Shown here: positions 62,681 to 64,000 of the stretch, piece by piece
How positions within the stretch are numbered: the stretch's first letter is position 1
Layout: each line of letters begins with the position of its first letter
NCBI GenBank assembly: GCA_001804285.1
Contig: MHFR01000048.1
Location: 43,622 to 107,621 of the forward strand
Source of the DNA: Candidatus Danuiimicrobium aquiferis
GTDB taxonomy: Bacteria; Omnitrophota; Omnitrophia; Omnitrophales; Danuiimicrobiaceae
Length of the DNA stretch: 64,000 bases
Direction of reading: 5' to 3'
The notes under the pieces: model-generated
Databases searched by the model: none
Told to the model about the DNA's origin: nothing
What the model saw: the letters and a program-made list of their open reading frames with translations, nothing else
Translations under genes and position numbers: made by a program

Positions 62681-64000
62681 ATGGATTTTCGGACGGAGAA
62701 AGATTCGATGGGGGAAGTTAAAGTTCCGAAAGATAAATATTATGGGGCGCAGTCTGAGCGTTCGCTTACGCATTTTAAGATTGGCGAAGAAAAATTCCCA
62801 AGGGTGTTTATTCATTCGTATGCAATTTTAAAAAAGGCGTGTGCCTTGGTGAACGCGGAGCTTAAAATCCTTCCGTCCGAAAAAAAAGATTTAATCGCGA
62901 GAGCATGCGATGAAGTTATTAGCGGAAAATGGGACGATCATTTTCCGCTATCCGTTTGGCAGACCGGAAGCGGGACTCAAACGAATATGAATGTGAATGA
63001 AGTCATTGCCAACCGCGCCATTGAACTCGCCGGAGGTGTGTTGGGAAGCAAGCAGCCGGTACATCCGAATGATGATGTCAACCTATCTCAATCCTCCAAT
63101 GACACGTTTCCGTCCGTGATGCATATTTCTGCGGTGATCGAGATACAAGAGCGGTTGATTCCGGCATTGAAAAAATTATGGGGAACATTTGAAAAAAAAG
63201 GGGATGCGTTTAAATCGATTGTCAAAGTTGGGCGGACGCATTTAATGGATGCGGTTCCTTTAACCATCGGGCAGGAATTTTCAGGGTATGTAACACAGTT
63301 GAAAAATGGGATTGCGAGGATTAACGGGTGTTTTCCGCGTTTATATGAATTGGCATTGGGAGGTACGGCTGTCGGGACAGGGCTTAATGCGCCGAAAGGT
63401 TTTTCAGAAAAAGCCGCGAAGAAAATTTCTGAATTGACAGGGTTTCCTTTTGTGTCGTCGCCCAATAAATTTGAATCGATAGCAAGCCATGACGCCATGG
63501 TTGAATTAAGCGGTGTATTAAAAACAATAGCCGCATCATTGTTTAAAATTGCAAATGACATCCGGTTGTCGGCATCCGGTCCTCGATGCGGAATCGGCGA
63601 ACTTAGCATTCCCGAAAATGAGCCGGGCTCGAGTATGATGCCCGGAAAAGTAAATCCCACTCAGTGCGAAGCGATGACGATGGTGGCGATTCAAGTCATG
63701 GGCAATGACGCAGCGGTTGGGTTTGGCGGTGCTTCCGGAAATTTCGAGTTAAATGCGTATAAGCCGCTCATGATTTATAATGTTCTTCAATCTCTTCGGT
63801 TGCTTTCTGATGCGTGCAATAGTTTTAATGATTTTTGTGTGGTCGGCATTGAGCCGAATATTCCTGTCATTCAAAATAATCTCAATCAGTCGTTTATGCT
63901 TGTGACAGCGCTTAATCCGCATATCGGCTATGATAAAGCGGCCCAGATTGCAAAAAAAGCATATCGAGAAAATATGACGCTGAAAGAAGCGGCGGTTAGT
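62681..64000 (+). CDS. fumC: Class II fumarate hydratase (3'-truncated by window edge)
   Basis: [33 protein letters not shown] and [13 protein letters not shown]. Missing from the ORF track because there is no stop in the window. Confidence 0.93.
   Translation, partial: MDFRTEKDSMGEVKVPKDKYYGAQSERSLTHFKIGEEKFPRVFIHSYAILKKACALVNAELKILPSEKKDLIARACDEVISGKWDDHFPLSVWQTGSGTQTNMNVNEVIANRAIELAGGVLGSKQPVHPNDDVNLSQSSNDTFPSVMHISAVIEIQERLIPALKKLWGTFEKKGDAFKSIVKVGRTHLMDAVPLTIGQEFSGYVTQLKNGIARINGCFPRLYELALGGTAVGTGLNAPKGFSEKAAKKISELTGFPFVSSPNKFESIASHDAMVELSGVLKTIAASLFKIANDIRLSASGPRCGIGELSIPENEPGSSMMPGKVNPTQCEAMTMVAIQVMGNDAAVGFGGASGNFELNAYKPLMIYNVLQSLRLLSDACNSFNDFCVVGIEPNIPVIQNNLNQSFMLVTALNPHIGYDKAAQIAKKAYRENMTLKEAAVS

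Noticed and set aside
63088-63660. 190-aa minus-strand ORF and other antisense ORFs such as 38607-39284 and 9329-9922
   Set aside because: They are shadow ORFs opposite well-supported genes (fumC, the giant ORF, etfB).
1-64000. tRNA, rRNA, integrase or transposase genes
   Set aside because: None recognised by eye. A tRNAscan or Rfam run would be needed to exclude small RNAs.

Overview
Bacterial chromosomal window, roughly 45% GC by eye. The lineage is probably Candidatus Omnitrophota (PVC group), inferred from the giant-gene architecture. Most of it is housekeeping: GldG/DUF4340, mutY, pyrE, a split acyl-CoA dehydrogenase/ETF-QO/ETF cluster, iscS/iscA, an MNT-HEPN pair, mqnD, an M24 peptidase, a split transketolase, c-di-GMP enzymes and fumC. 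The centrepiece is a 21.9 kb ORF (27654-49532, 7292 aa) that reads as a polyprotein. It starts with a signal peptide and an N-terminal domain with a TIKI/TraB-like H..E..RD..GxxH pattern. About 12 cargo modules follow (MutS-like ATPase, degenerate Glu-dehydrogenase fold, TPR/HEAT, J-domain-like HPD, paralogous 2-TM modules), separated by 18 copies of an R[SA]ExR pentapeptide. Where these motifs are paired, the short spacers hold DNA hairpins, several of them in-frame copies of intergenic repeat elements. Other signals: three genes whose last 9-16 codons are duplicated downstream, a group IIC intron 5' remnant after a terminator, and a MITE family with an 8-bp target duplication. All calls come from reading the sequence by eye; no searches were run.
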